A stretch of DNA of 64,000 nucleotides. Source: Ramazzottius varieornatus (Eukaryota > Animalia > Tardigrada). Both the position numbers and the translations under genes were made by a program. The stretch is from the NCBI GenBank assembly GCA_001949185.1, contig BDGG01000010.1:1125773-1189772 (forward strand), read 5' to 3'. This document shows positions 33,701 to 47,898 of the stretch, one piece after another (within the stretch, counting starts at the first letter, position 1; each line of letters starts with the position of its first letter). Under the pieces are notes generated by a model that ran no database searches, had not been told where the DNA came from, and worked only from the letters and a program-made list of their open reading frames with translations.

Positions 33701-35766
33701 GAGCAAGACAACGAGTAAGTTACCCTATAACTTTTGTCATGTCGTTGCAGAATGCTGTAATTATGGAAGCTGAATATATTTTGAGCTGCTCTTAGGGTTC
33801 GTAAACTGGAAGCCGACATCCACCAGAAAGACAACCAACTTACTGCACTGTTCCACAAATGCGATACAAACGACGAACTGAGACAACTACGCGATGCTGA
33901 AAAGACCAAGGAAGATATCGGTACGAACAAAAAATAAAATGTCACTTACATTATGGTCTGTAGTTGGTACAGTTTTTATCGTTATGTTGTAGTTGCTCTT
34001 GAGCAGGAGATGGAAGAAGGTACTGTCAAGAAAGCAGAATTTGAAGCGAAGATTGCCGAGCTCAAGCGGAAACTGTCAGACAAGAACGCGCAAGAGACGG
34101 AGAAGAAGGAAGCGGAGAACCATGAGCGACAATGCAAGGAAGCTGTACAGAGACAGACCGACGTTGTCAACGCCATTCTGCAGCGTCAAGTCGAAGGTGA
34201 AACCGCCATCAAGAACAATAAAGCCGCAATCGAGAACTCGACAACTGAGATTGCCGATCGTCAACAGCGCATCGAAGGCTATAGCAGGAAGATTGCTGAC
34301 AAGGAACGGTCGTTGAAGCCCATCGAAGCGGACTGCATACAAGCCACCAAGAAATACAAGGAACTCCGACAAGCGTACGTTTCGGCTCTCTGCCTTCGGC
34401 GTACGGTTCTCGTGAACTTTATTTGTCTTCATTTTAGTGTGGCTGAGAAGAGCGCCGAGCTTCAGGATGCACAAGCTGCTAAGCGGAACCTGGAGAAGGA
34501 AACTACCAAGTTGAACAGGGAATGTAACGATGTGAAGAAGGAACTGGCTCAGACGAAAGACGTCTTGAAGGGTATCGAAGACAAGGTTGGTGCTAGCTTA
34601 GCTTATGTATATGAACACGGCTTTCCAGAAAGGGGTTCTTTTGTAGCTCAATAACGACCTGTTCCAGCAGCATCACTGGTTGGGCGAAGAGTACGAAAAG
34701 CTGGGTACAGATCAGTCAAGCTATGCCGCTATCATTCGGGACACCGACTTCGGGACCTGTAAAGCGAAGCTGGACAGAAAGATTGCGGAAAGGAACGAGA
34801 AGCAGCGCTCGGTGGGAAGTGAAAACAACATCGACTTTGATTTCATCAACCGACAGGTATGACACTTTCTCAAGCCACTTCATCTTCGTGAGGTCTTTAT
34901 CGTGGATTTCTTGCTTACAGTTCGAAGAACTAAAGAAGAAGAGCCTTCTATGTAAGCAGGATAAGACGCAGTTGGAGTCCATCATCGTTAACTTGGATCA
35001 GAAGAAGCAGGAACTGATTGAACTGGCCGTGACGGAAGTCAATAAGGCACATTAGCTTTCTTCTGGACGGAAGAAGTTTTAATGTGCGTTATGGGTATAT
35101 GAATGTGTTTTCTTGTAGCACTTTGGGAGTATCTTCTCGGCATTATTGCCGAATGCCAACTGTATGCTGGAGCGTGACGTGGACGAGAATGGCCGTCAAG
35201 CTGAAGCTCTGAGGATCCGTGTCGCCTTGGGTAGTAATTCTCGTCAACCGAATGGATGGCTGTGGAAGGAGTCGCTGTCTGAACTGAGCGGTGGTCAACG
35301 GTAAGTACAGTAGAAAAACAAAGTCTTATCTTGGTTGAACTATCTTTGTACCGTGTTTCTATGTTGTTGAACAGATCTCTGGTGGCCTTGTCGTTGATCC
35401 TGGCCATGCTCAAGATGAACCCTGCGCCAGTGTACATTCTAGATGAAATCGATGCCGCTCTGGACCTGAGTCATACCCAGAATGTGGGAAGGATGATTCA
35501 GAAGCATTTCCGTCAGTCTCAGGTGAACAAGCTCATTGTCATCACAATATACATTTTCCTGTATGTGGAAAAACTGATTTTCACATAGGTTTCTGTTGCA
35601 GTTCGTCGTGGTTTCGCTGAAAGAAGGCATGTTCAACAACGCTAATATAGTCTTCCGCGTTGGGTTCGCTGATGGTGTCTCGAAGGTTACAGTCACGAAG
35701 AACCGTCGCAAGAGCCTGGCCGACGGTGGTAATCAGGATGGCGGCGATTCTGACGTCGAAAGATAA
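30701..35766 (+). CDS. SMC2: Condensin subunit SMC2, multi-exon
   Basis: [14 protein letters not shown], Walker [21 protein letters not shown], hinge [35 protein letters not shown]. Confidence 0.96.
32880..32995. repeat. Hairpin repeat family, copy 3 (SMC2 intron)
   Basis: GTGGCGCAC...GTGCGCCA core; arms similar to 196-308. Confidence 0.7.
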
Positions 35767-36889
35767 CTTTGCGACAGTGAAGTTCAAATTCCGTCCCACT
35801 GCCTTTTCCTTCTTTACTTCTGGCAGAAGCCTCTCAAGCTCTTTTACCAAAAATTATTTGTTCTAGAAGTACTCATATATACGTTTTTATCATGAGTTCT
35901 GTACGGATGCTGATCTTCTTTATAGTTCGAGCTACTGGTATACGCTAAGATATCAGGCTTCCCCCACATCCGTCATTCATACTGTACTTATCGTGCTGTA
36001 CCGTACAGACGAAGACTGGCAGATTCATGTAAAGTGAAACTTAAGAGAAAAGATATCGAGGGCATGGCATATACAGGGCGCTCGCACCAACTTGCTACCA
36101 CCCATAAAATCATGGATCATTACTTAGCTTTCAAACTAATTTTCCCTGGTCTGACATCCTGTTTTGAGCCTCGTGAAAAATAACCAACCCGAAATCTTTT
36201 CGGGAAGAGTCGTAAGCGGCTTTAAGGTGGACGAGGAGAGAAGCCAAAATTCCATCAACTTTCGCAATTTTTGGGGTCGTTGTCAAAAATTTAAGGCTTA
36301 TCTAATTTGCGGCTTAAGAATCCGCGAGGAGAGATGTTTTGCCCTACGGAAACGAATCGGTTGAACCTACTCAGAAAACGTCCTGAACAATACTCGTGCT
36401 CGCATCACTCCCCGAATTCCCCATAGGGAACGAGATCCTGAGATCACGTGACCGGAGACACAATCCCATGGCGAAAATACGCTAACCCATGAACAAACTG
36501 GCCCACAAGTAACGCTTAACCCTGAATCTAACGGGCACTGGTCCGGAGTCCCTACCCTCTACCGCTGACCCTCACCGCCCCACCCCCACCCCAACCTTAC
36601 CCCTCTGGAATATGATCTGCTTCTTTGAAATTCTGTCTGGGGTTTTGCTGAAAAGTTCTTCAAAACCCGATTTCCGACCAAGAATATAAAGGTCACAAAG
36701 CATTATTACCCTGGCTCCCTGAAGCGTTTCCTCAAAAATAGATACGTTAGGTCGATAGATCTCGTCGAGGCTCGAGCTCTATCTAATGGACGTATCAGCA
36801 AGGGTAGGCTAAGGGCCTGACTTGGCCTGGGAATATAATTCTGTAATTCCAAATTTAATAAATATTTGAATTGGTCTTTTGAATCAGTC

Positions 36890-37520
36890 TTTGTCGCCGC
36901 CCGAACAGCCTAATCGCTATTGCCACCGTCTCGAACCGCCTAAAAGTCTATCGACGCCGCCTAGATTAATAGTTTAATTGATTCGAAACCGCCTTCTTGA
37001 AAGATGTATGTACTAAAGACACCGCCTTGGAAAATATTTTGAAAATTTGCCCAAGGCCATGGGCAGCTGCCAGGAACGAACCAGCGTGGACCAATGATCT
37101 GCTTCTACATAGCGGAGCTTGTGAGAGGCGAGTCGCCCGCGAACACAATGTTCTGCGACGATCAGTCGCAACGTCAGTTGCTGCACACCTTGCTGGAGAG
37201 CGAAAAGTTCGTCCCATGCCCCCGTAGACGAGGAAGAAAGAGCTCTGATGGTCTTACTAACAGAAAAGCCGACATGGTCATCACTGTAGACCAGTCCGTA
37301 GCAATACGCAACCGTCTTGGTAGCATGCCTAACCGGCCAATTCATGGCTGCAAAAGACTGATCTAATGTTTCTCTATTGCTACATTTTTCGTGTTCTTCC
37401 CCAAATTTCGACAACGTTTACAAAAGGAGGTGACGTTAGATTTAAGGTGGTGTGGAAGATTAGTTGAATTTCGAAAAAAGGCGGTGTCAATAGCGACTAG
37501 GCGGTTTAGGAGGTGACTAT
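36890..37520. mobile_element. Degenerate MITE-like element
   Basis: Imperfect ~40-bp inverted repeats at about 36890-36930 and 37482-37520; repeated ACCGCC motifs. Confidence 0.5.
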
Positions 37521-39974
37521 AGCCATTTCCTTTCAAATTACCATGTACGAGAACCACATTAAATTACAGGCTGAACATTCCACAGGATCATTCCATTGTT
37601 GCATTCAGCCTAAACAAGATTTTATGAGTGGATGATTGTGGATTATTTCCAAACCTGGCGACTTCTGAAACAAAAGAAGGGGCACCTCTGGAATCGAAAC
37701 TCAAATTGCAAATAGGGAAAGAAATTTTCCAAATTTTGCTTCAGAAGACATTCAAGGCTTGCTTTCGGGGACATGGAAAAAGCACGATAAAATAAGACGA
37801 ATTACCTAACTGATCACACGCACGATCCGAACCACAAACGATGCGTGCTGCAAGTTACGCATCTAGTTTTGATGAGGACTGGAACATGCAGTGATAGCGA
37901 CTATCCAACCACCTTGGTTGTTGTTCCGGTCATTGAACGTATGATTAAGTAGCATTCCCCCGTTTAAATTTCAAATACATCTGAGTGAATGGAACGGCTG
38001 CACGCCTGCACTGGGGCCTAATTCATACGTACGACTCCATTCGGAAATATACATTACGAAAATCAGAGGTCTTATCAGCTGATCCTCCCCGGTAGCGGGA
38101 TGACCGAGAGGTAATCTGAACTTTGTAGAACGGCCATTCGATAGCCCTTCGAGCTGTTTGAACATTCGAAGCCGATCTGGGTTTACGCGGTCGACAGGAG
38201 GTTCACCGTTTGGAAAGTCTTGGGGTCTATCGTTGGTGAAACAGAGCTTAGACTACTAGAGTAGCGGCCATCGGTACTTGGAAGTGCCGGGCGCAAGAGA
38301 AAAATTGGCATTGGAATCGTGGTGATCCATCTGAGCCCACTCTCTTCCCGTGTTCTTTCGAAGTGCGCTGCAAAAAAGGCACACATCGCTGCACATTTCT
38401 GCGTAAAACTGCTCAGTTAGCGTCTTGCGCTTGAATTTGTTTTACTGTTATTGGTTTGAGCCTCTGGGCATGAGTTCAGAACCCGAATAATTGTAATTGG
38501 TCGTGTAGCAAATAGCGAAATTCTTGGATGATCCCGTTTTTCCAACTCCTACCCAACTTATCATTCCAAGCACTCCCGTTCGGATCTTTCAGGTTAGTTG
38601 GTTTGCCTTGGAAGTTGTGCGGTATTTCCGGTGCTAGCTTACCTGTTTCGTGATGAACAGTACATGCACGATGGATAATTATGGGACAGTGATTTTGGGA
38701 TAGGCCTTTCCGCTACGGCGGTACGGAAGCACGTTCGTACACGACCGATTCACACTAATGTACCTTTCAACAATTTTTGTATGGTTGGAGTTTCATTTTA
38801 CCGTCCTCCCCGCCTGTCTCATAGCTTTACTGTCCTTTAAATACCCATCACGGGTGTACAGAACAATGGAAGAATTAGAGGAAGAATATAAACGTGCACA
38901 CAATCTGAAGCTTAAAGCGCGGTGAGAGCGTGGTAACTGACGTAAAGTATTTGCGGAAAACCTGAGCGGCGGCTACTGTTTAGTTACAATCTGCAGTCAA
39001 GGTAGACGCACCAGAGAGACCAGAGGGGTGGAGTAACCGCTGTGTATATCGTAGAGCCGCAAAATGAAGCAGTAGAGGCACTTACCGCTATTGACGAACA
39101 GTACCGTTGATCTAATGCGCAAAGAGGCCACGCCGCGGCAGGGTCGGTTACATTACGGTTGTTTAACTGGGTGCGGCTTGTGGCGATGGGTTGTACTCTT
39201 CCGTTGCGATAACGGCGGAACAGCGTGCAGTATCTAATCAAGACTTCTTACGAACCGTCTGACCGAAATCGTCGAATCATAACGATCCTCATGAACTTAT
39301 ACTAAAACGATAGTGTATGAAGGGTAAGAGGGTAAAACGATGATGAACGAGAAGAACGCAAGGGCGTTGCACTTCAATATCTGGGCTCGAACATATGGAT
39401 CCGTTCTTTTGAGACGGTCTTTTCTGACTTTTTAGTAAGTTTTGCAACTTGGGTGAGCCGCCAAGAAAGGAAGTGAAGTCGCATTTCAAAGCAGAACTCA
39501 GCCAACCCATATGCCGTTTTGACCTGGAGACGGCAATCTTGATGTTTCGTCCTATTTCAAAACTGTTGTCCTTACCCAGTCACTCTTGCAAGGTAGGTTC
39601 TTGAACATACTTCCAAGCCAGTCATTCAAAGTGCGATTCGTGAAGACCGCCATAAAACTAGCGACAGGGTTGCCTTTCGCAGCTTCGTCCAGATGAGCAC
39701 GATAGACTTCTTTCAAGTCCCTTTTATTATAGTTATCGAGCCCTCCGCTTCGGTTTGATTAGTTTGTTACCCCGTTCTGCTGACACAGACTGCGAAGCAT
39801 GACATGCAGCAAAGACATGACTATACCAAGACTACAAACACATGGAAACCTGGACAGAATTAGTACCAGAACCGAATGGGCGAAGTGTGATCGGTACACC
39901 ATGTCCAAAATCAAGTCTGTGAAATCAACCATGATCTTCCGTAAACGAGATATCACTGACGAGTTTGCCATTCA

Positions 39975-40157
39975 GCAAAATACCGATATATCGATAATAT
40001 ATCGATATGGCGCGATACGATATCACGAATATTTTATTGCGTTATTCGATATGAGCTTCATCTCGATATTTTCGATACGATATCTGCCGCTTATTTTGTC
40101 GCAAAGATTCGATATATTTCGATACGATATCGATATACCGTATCGCTGCCAGCACTA
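39975..40157. repeat. CGATAT/ATATCG subterminal array ending GCCAGCACTA (hAT-like end)
   Basis: More than 10 motif copies then the reverse complement of TAGTGCTGGC. Confidence 0.55.
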
Positions 40158-40867
40158 GTCAATGGAAGCTAGTCCGGCAATGCGTTTATCATCGAAAGAC
40201 TGGCGTGACGTACGTACGCGTTCTTCTACCTCCTCTAGGCTCTCTGGACGCACGCCCTTATACACGGAGGTAGCAGAGTGCCACGCGACCCAACATAATA
40301 AGTGCGAAAAGGGAAAAATGCAAGTTACGCCAGAATACGTTACAGCTGCATCAGAAAGACATTCCCGGGCCCTAGAGGTCGGTAGATCGACTCATGTTCC
40401 GTCTCATATTCTTTATATTTACAACTATTTTTTATTTATATTTAGTACAGCGGAACAAGAGATGAATCGCGTGCAGAAGGCTTTCAAGAGGTTTTTGTAG
40501 ATGGTTTGAGGTTTGGCGCACGGGGTGTGATTTCGAAGGCTGGCTTATCGTTGTTACGTTCTCTTGGTATCAATCAATCAACTATAGATGAGATTATTAG
40601 CCTTATTCTGAATCTTTCTCATTCCATGTACGCGTACGACGACTTATTACGGGCCAGGCGGAAAAGACGGCAAATTTACAATTTGTATGAAAGTCAGAAA
40701 CAGAAATCGGTCAAATGACGTAACGTAGTAAAATTCAACCGTAAAAAATTGTCATGGACAGTGGCCATCAACTGATCACCTGTTTCACTGTGCATAGCCA
40801 TTCAACTTTCTCTCGGAGAAGCTCTGGACTCCTTGTCCCGATATACTTTCCGTGAGCGTTTTTGAAA

Positions 40868-41040
40868 ATGTCCTATCCCTTCAAGGCCAAACGGTATCGA
40901 CGATACACCGAAGAAGCCCTGAAGGATGCTCTATCTGCTGTCGGGAATGGAATGGGACTACGAGACGCAGCTCCAGTCTTCAGACTTCCACGCTGCACCG
41001 TCCTACGTTATGTCGAAAGATACCACGCAATAAATATTAA
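40868..41040 (+). pseudogene. psq-type HTH fragment (pogo/Tigger transposase N-terminus)
   Basis: RRYTEEALKDALSAVGNGMGLRDAAPVFRLPRCTV. Confidence 0.7.
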
Positions 41041-41307
41041 TATGACATGTTTTCGCTCCTCGGCCCAATGTCCAGCACGTACGTACATCAGTGCAACCTT
41101 CGATGCTGGTTTTTACTTGTAGCAAGAATCACCTGTCCGTGCCGCCGTAGCGAAAGGGCCTGGCCCGTAATTTTTACTGGCCCGTAATATCTCGTAGGGG
41201 AAGTGCAGTCTTCACATTGGAGTCCAGGAGTTAGTCTTCTGTATCTCACTCGCAGTGCGTTCGATATTCTTCTTCCCACTTCTTGAATCCTTGGATGTCG
41301 AGGTTGA

Positions 41308-42243
<936 letters not shown>

Positions 42244-42539
42244 ATGGAATGTGAATTTTCCCTTGAGAAATACAGAACGCGATAGTAGGCTCGCATTGTG
42301 TATTGCAAAATGGATCAATGCAAGAACCCTTTATCTTCGAAACTTTCCTGTACCACGTAAGCGTAACCTTTTTGTGTGACTGCATAGTATTCTCTTTCCG
42401 TTTTCGTTTTAATGAGTAAGCTTGTATTTTAGTACGTAGTGGTGATTTTTTTAGTAGGTGCTGATCGGTGTGTGCCTGCTTTGAGAGATCTTTTTCCGAA
42501 CGCTTACAACGCTGAACGAGTTTTCTTATGCTTTAACTC

Positions 42540-42780
42540 AGTACACGCGACTGACCTAATTATCGGCCTGCACAAAATTTCTGGCCGGACGGGCTGGCGG
42601 CAGTTTAACGCAGAGATTGTTATGTCGTAGCAGAAACTAGCCCTGTGACGTCAGCAAGTAAAATTTCTCAGTACAATATGCGGAATAAGGTGCAATTGCA
42701 ATTTCGTTTCTTATTTCGTAATTCTTTTCCCATCTTGAGGAAGGTTAGCCTGGAATATGTCGGAAGGTCCTAAAAGCAAG
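42540..42780 (+). repeat. Dispersed ~240-bp repeat, copy 1
   Basis: Highly similar to 58399-58635. Confidence 0.85.
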
Positions 42781-43536
42781 AGACAGCGAAAGTATACGGA
42801 GGATAGCCCGAAAAAGGCAGTTCGTGCGGTTGGCTTCATACGGTGGTGGATTGCCCGAGTAAAGGCCTTTCCGACGAGAAAAGTCAAGTTTTAACGTTGA
42901 TTTACCATCAGAGCTGCATTTGCCTAGAAAAATAACCAATCATATAGAAGGAAATCACATCTACGATTATTGAGAAGATCTTTGCAAACGTTTGGTTGTT
43001 CGTGTAGGGAAGCGCTAATGTGTGGTGAAACCAGTTCTGTTTCAGTCGCAAGCGAATACAGCTGGCGGAGCCGCTGATACGGAAATCAGTGACCAGAAAT
43101 TTTCTCCAGGCCAATAATTAGGCCAGCCGCGTGTACTCCTTTTTCGTAACTTCTAATTTTAGACGATGGGAAATTTGGTGCTTGTGTTACTGATATATTC
43201 TGGTTTGACTTATTACGAGCGAATCTGTCTTCTCGTACTTTTTTCCGCGGTGAGTTTTGACAGTCTAAGCAATTTCAAGATACGAACAAAATGGACTTAG
43301 GTCGCATCTGCCAACAATCTTATTACAGCGCAGTGAGCTCGCGGATTCAAAGTAAAAACAATCAAACACACTTTGGTACTCGAACCCAGCAATGCCGGTC
43401 ACCCGGTATCAACAAGGTACAAAAACAGAAAAGTTGTGATAACGAGAACCACAGAATCACAAAAATATGCTGCCGATGGGCCGAAATGAGGAAACAAGAC
43501 AGTCTAACGAAGTTACGGAACTACAACATGTGAATT

Positions 43537-45171
43537 TCAAACCGCGTAGACCCGACGCAGGTCAGCCAGAACTGCTAGAAGCATATCGTTTCCGCCCAGT
43601 TCTCCAATCATCGCGGTCGCTCTGCGAACAAATATTCATCAGGGAAACATACACCCGAAAGCATTGGTAATGGCTTATTAAAACCATACCTCTGGTCCAA
43701 CGATCTCAGAGTAGTTTTGGAGTACTCTAGAGATCCCAGGGTGGAAAGGCAGTCCACGCAGTACTTTTTCAACGTGTTATCCTGGGTTCGCTGACGAACG
43801 ATATCTACGCACAAAACACAATGGAAGCATATCACCAGGTGCAGCAACATGGCGATATTCGCATACTTCCTCATACTTATAACGCGGTTCGCCGGATCCG
43901 ACCGGATACCGTGGATGATGGGGAACGAAAACTTGCCTTCCGTCAGATCCTCGCAGTAACTCTTGTTGTTGGTATACTAGAACATACACTGATGAGCGCC
44001 GTTGGAGCGCCAGGAAAATAAAGCTTCACTCCGCACTTACATCGGTGTCCGCTAGATTACAGTAGTCGTCTCGAATCTGAAAGATCAAACCCAGCACTTC
44101 GGTCAGTGGCCGGAAGTCGCTCTGGCAGTCCGAGAACAGTCCCATCAGCCTGATTGCTAACATGAACAAGCCACCGGTTTCTGCGAGGAGACAATTAGAC
44201 TCATTAGCGAGTGCTTATCGCAGTGGAAAAAACTTCACTAGCTGAGCGAAGAAAGCAGGAGCAAAAACGTTTATACTTTGAATCACCATTTTCTTATACT
44301 CGTCTTCTGTGGGGCAATTGAAAGAGTCCCTCCAATAAATCTCCATCCCTTGTCCACGGTGCAGTTCTAGGAGCTGTTCGGTAAACACGGAAGGCGCATC
44401 CGTATGACCCAAGCTTAAAATCTTTTGGAGAGCCAGGAAGTATACATAGTTCGCCGAGTTGATTGTGCTGGCAACTCCGTAGATGTGATGCGCAACTATA
44501 ACAACAAAGAGGAGTTCAAACACGCGTACATTGCTACTCCTCACCACATATCCACGCTGGGGTGTCGTCTGCTCATCGAGGACAAATAGCTCTTCCTAAT
44601 TAATGGGCACACCCGGTATTCCACGTCTGAGACTGGAGTTGTCTTCGATGTCATCGATTCTGAAAGAAAGGTATGCCTAAGCAATGATGCATGTTGTTAA
44701 GTGAACAGGGAGAGTATACGATTCGAGAAGCACTTACAACAGGCTAGCGTTGTGCAGCATGTCCATCACATCACAGATCAGCCGAAGTTTATCTTCAGGT
44801 ATCCGCAACCATACGTTGAAAGCCTAACAAAGGGATTAACAGCTCAAAGTCTATCAAGCGCGGGAGGATCTATCGAACGGTTATTCGATCTATGTCTTGC
44901 ATGAAGGAAGACAGCAACGCCGTTGAGTAACATCGTAGCATGCTGGAGCAGCGCAGTCCTAACTTACATGTGCCAGTTTTCCACGAATTTGCTTCCCCGG
45001 AACTTGAAGAACGTAAAAGTACGGTTGGAGAAGAATCTGTGACAGACCGCAAGTTGATCATAAACGGTGATAAACCCCAGTAGCGTCCACACCTTGTGCT
45101 CACTTAGACAATGTACTTACTGCATCGCTGGCCTCTTCGGCATTCACGCCGGCTGCTCCCGCTTTGTCCAT
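43537..45171 (-). CDS. GGPS1: Geranylgeranyl diphosphate synthase, multi-exon
   Basis: ILLQPY...[53 protein letters not shown]. Confidence 0.95.
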
Positions 45172-46064
45172 CAGCCTGAGTGCAGGTGGTCCAAAATCCA
45201 AGGATAAAGTCACGTTAGTCAGCGACGGAGGCTTGAAACTTCACAGTAAAATTAAATTTAGGCAAAACGTAAACATGATCACATTTACATGAGTCAGCAA
45301 GATTTCAGTGTCAGCTCCGACTTGGAAGACTGGGAGCAAGCGCGGACCGTGGAGTCAGAATTCGTGTCCCAAGTCCCAAAGTATGTGGCCACGAGGACCT
45401 CCGCGAAATACTTTAAAGTGCCAATGATATGGGACAGGTTTGGGTCCCGGTGGGTGTGAAACTGCCGCCTGGTAAAGATCAAAGACAGTAGGCTCAGCTG
45501 TGATTCGCTTTTGTTCATCATCATACAGCCCGTTCTGTAAAAGCCACGACAGCAAAGCCCGACCAACCCTGATTTTAATTCGAGCGTACCATACACATAC
45601 TCTATAAATTCAAAATTTCCTCGTCGTCCATCTCTTCATCACACTCGCCAGAATTATCGGAACCATTTCTATCGTCAATCTCGTTATCAGACTGAAGAAA
45701 TGAGCAGTTTTTATAGAAACTTACGTCCGGAGCGTTACCATCATCGCCAACAGTATCTCACTGAGAGTAGGATATCCAGCATTAACCTCCTGAATCACTG
45801 GAGGATCCCACGCTTCTCGGCGTCCGAGTAATGATTCCGAGCCATCACAACGGTTGTAGCAAGATGTCCAGAGCAACAAAGGAGAAGCGCAAGAAAAAAT
45901 GAAACTTTGTTATCTCAGCTGGATAGAGATCAAGTTGTCTCGCTGACACCCGGCCGAGAAAGCACTTTAAGTGGGTGTCCAGAATCCAGAGTACTGTCCG
46001 AGTGTCCGCCCCGCGGCTTGACTGGGAGGCCAGTTCCAATTTCCAACTTCCAAGGCGCCCCACC

Positions 46065-46787
46065 TAAGGTTGTAAATTCCAGGCCGAATAGCCTTGGAAT
46101 GGAAAATAGGAAAGGAATTTCTTAATATTCCTATATTCCTATTTCCTTCTCCGGAAGGTCCTCGCAAAAACCTGGAATTCCAAAGTCTCATTTGCCAGTT
46201 TAGTTCTTTTTACATACTGTAAATATTCGCTGCGTCCGCGCAGTACGTAAACGTACGTGACGATGCACCCCCGTAGGGGTTGCGCAATCCGTGAAACCGG
46301 ACCGGGGCTGTACTTCACTTGTACGATGACGTACTCCGCGGACGCAACGAATGTTTAAAATACCCAGCAAAACAATGAACATGATCTGAAGTCATCAACA
46401 GATATTGGTTTTGAGACTGAAAATCAGCTGGAGACTGGCCGATCCGAACGTTCGGTTTTATCGGACCTGAAAGTCCAAGGGAAAATCAAGGACTTACGTA
46501 CAGTTGAATGCGCCGCGTACTTTAGTGCGACGGATCGAAAATGCTATTGGTCGTTCAGCTGAACGACCGATTAGCCTCAGTGGTACGCATGTGTGAGCCA
46601 GCATCGGGCTCAGTTTTTCGACACGATCTGCTGGGTCTTCGACTAGAATTCCTAAATTTCCTCCAATTTTTGATAGTTTTCCAAACAGGAATTCCACCGT
46701 TCCAAACGGCTACCCCTCGGAACGGAACGAAATTCCAGGAATGGAACGGAATTTGGAAAGGAATGGAATTAGGAATTTACAACCTTA
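46065..46787. mobile_element. hAT-type MITE (TAAGGTTG end), copy 1
   Basis: 16-bp TIR TAAGGTTGTAAATTCC; GGAAT subterminal repeats; imperfect 8-bp TSD GCCCCACC/GCCCCGAC; nested palindrome at about 46215-46355. Confidence 0.75.
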
Positions 46788-46827
46788 GCCCCGACAGCGT
46801 GAACCGCCGCTTGCGGGGTTGTTGAGA

Positions 46828-47232
46828 GTGTGCGAAATCAATCAACTACTGACATTTGGCCGCACATTTCGGACTCTCACATCCAGTCTCACATTGCAAC
46901 ATGTTGAGGACTGAGGTGCGAAAATGCGCCACTTTGAAAATGGCTGCGCGGCACTCATTTTCCCCTTATTCTCGCTCGTAAGTTCTGAAACATGATGAAC
47001 ACTACGGACGAAGTACTGTAGGCGTGAATTCCTCCAAATGGAAAGGAAAATTTCATCCCGGTGCGAGGTCTCACATAACGGTCGACGACTTTTTGTGAGC
47101 AGCCGCAGTCTCATATCACATTTCGACTTCGACGGTCACATTTGGGTTGAGCCAATCACGAAGGCGGGATGGAGCCCGTCTCGACTAAATGTAAGAATGC
47201 AAATGTGAGCGGTTGATTGATTTTTCGCACGC
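46828..47232. mobile_element. MITE-like inverted-repeat element
   Basis: GTGCGAAATCAATCAAC...GTTGATTGATTTTTCGCAC ends; CACATT motif repeats. Confidence 0.55.
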
Positions 47233-47898
47233 TGATAAATAACTTCTGGAGAATTTGGAGAAAATTCATTAAGGGGTTACAAAGATAGATTGCACCGCTG
47301 GTGGAATCACAACGCTGGTGTAATTGGCTCCACCCACACCCTTACGATGGGCCTATTCGTTATACCAGACATTATACTTTCGGGGTAATTACGAGTCGCT
47401 CCGGAACGACTCGTGATTGCACCAGACTTAACCTACATCCCAAGTGCGCTGTGCTCCCCTCTAAACTGTCAAATGTCACTTCCATGATGAAGTTTTTTGC
47501 TACTCGTCCCACTGGTGACGGTATGGTGGTTCCTCCGACATCAAAGATCTCATAATCCTCCGATCGTACTTACCTGCAGTACGGGGCTTTCAAAGTAAGC
47601 CATTACACCGCTTTCCTAACTGGTCGAAAAAATTCTCTGGGCGTATCCACCAAAGTAGCTGGTGTAATTATACACCAAACCAGCTTAGTCTTTGTAAGCC
47701 CTTATTGTTCTGGTTTTCTGCTTTCAGAGCTTCTTCAACCGGCTAGGCGTTTTAGTTCGTTTGACGGTCTATTCTGTATGCTACGTTAGCGAATAGCGAT
47801 TCTTCCAGGCTCGGGTCAGCTGCGTGTATTCCAGGTGCTACATTGTACATTCTACGCTCTCCCTTTTTCTCCGGCAAGTTTTGTCTGAACACCAGGAG

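Noticed and set aside
39480-39720. IAVSRSK resembling SF1 helicase motif VI (minus strand)
   Set aside because: Single short motif in broken frames with no other helicase motifs
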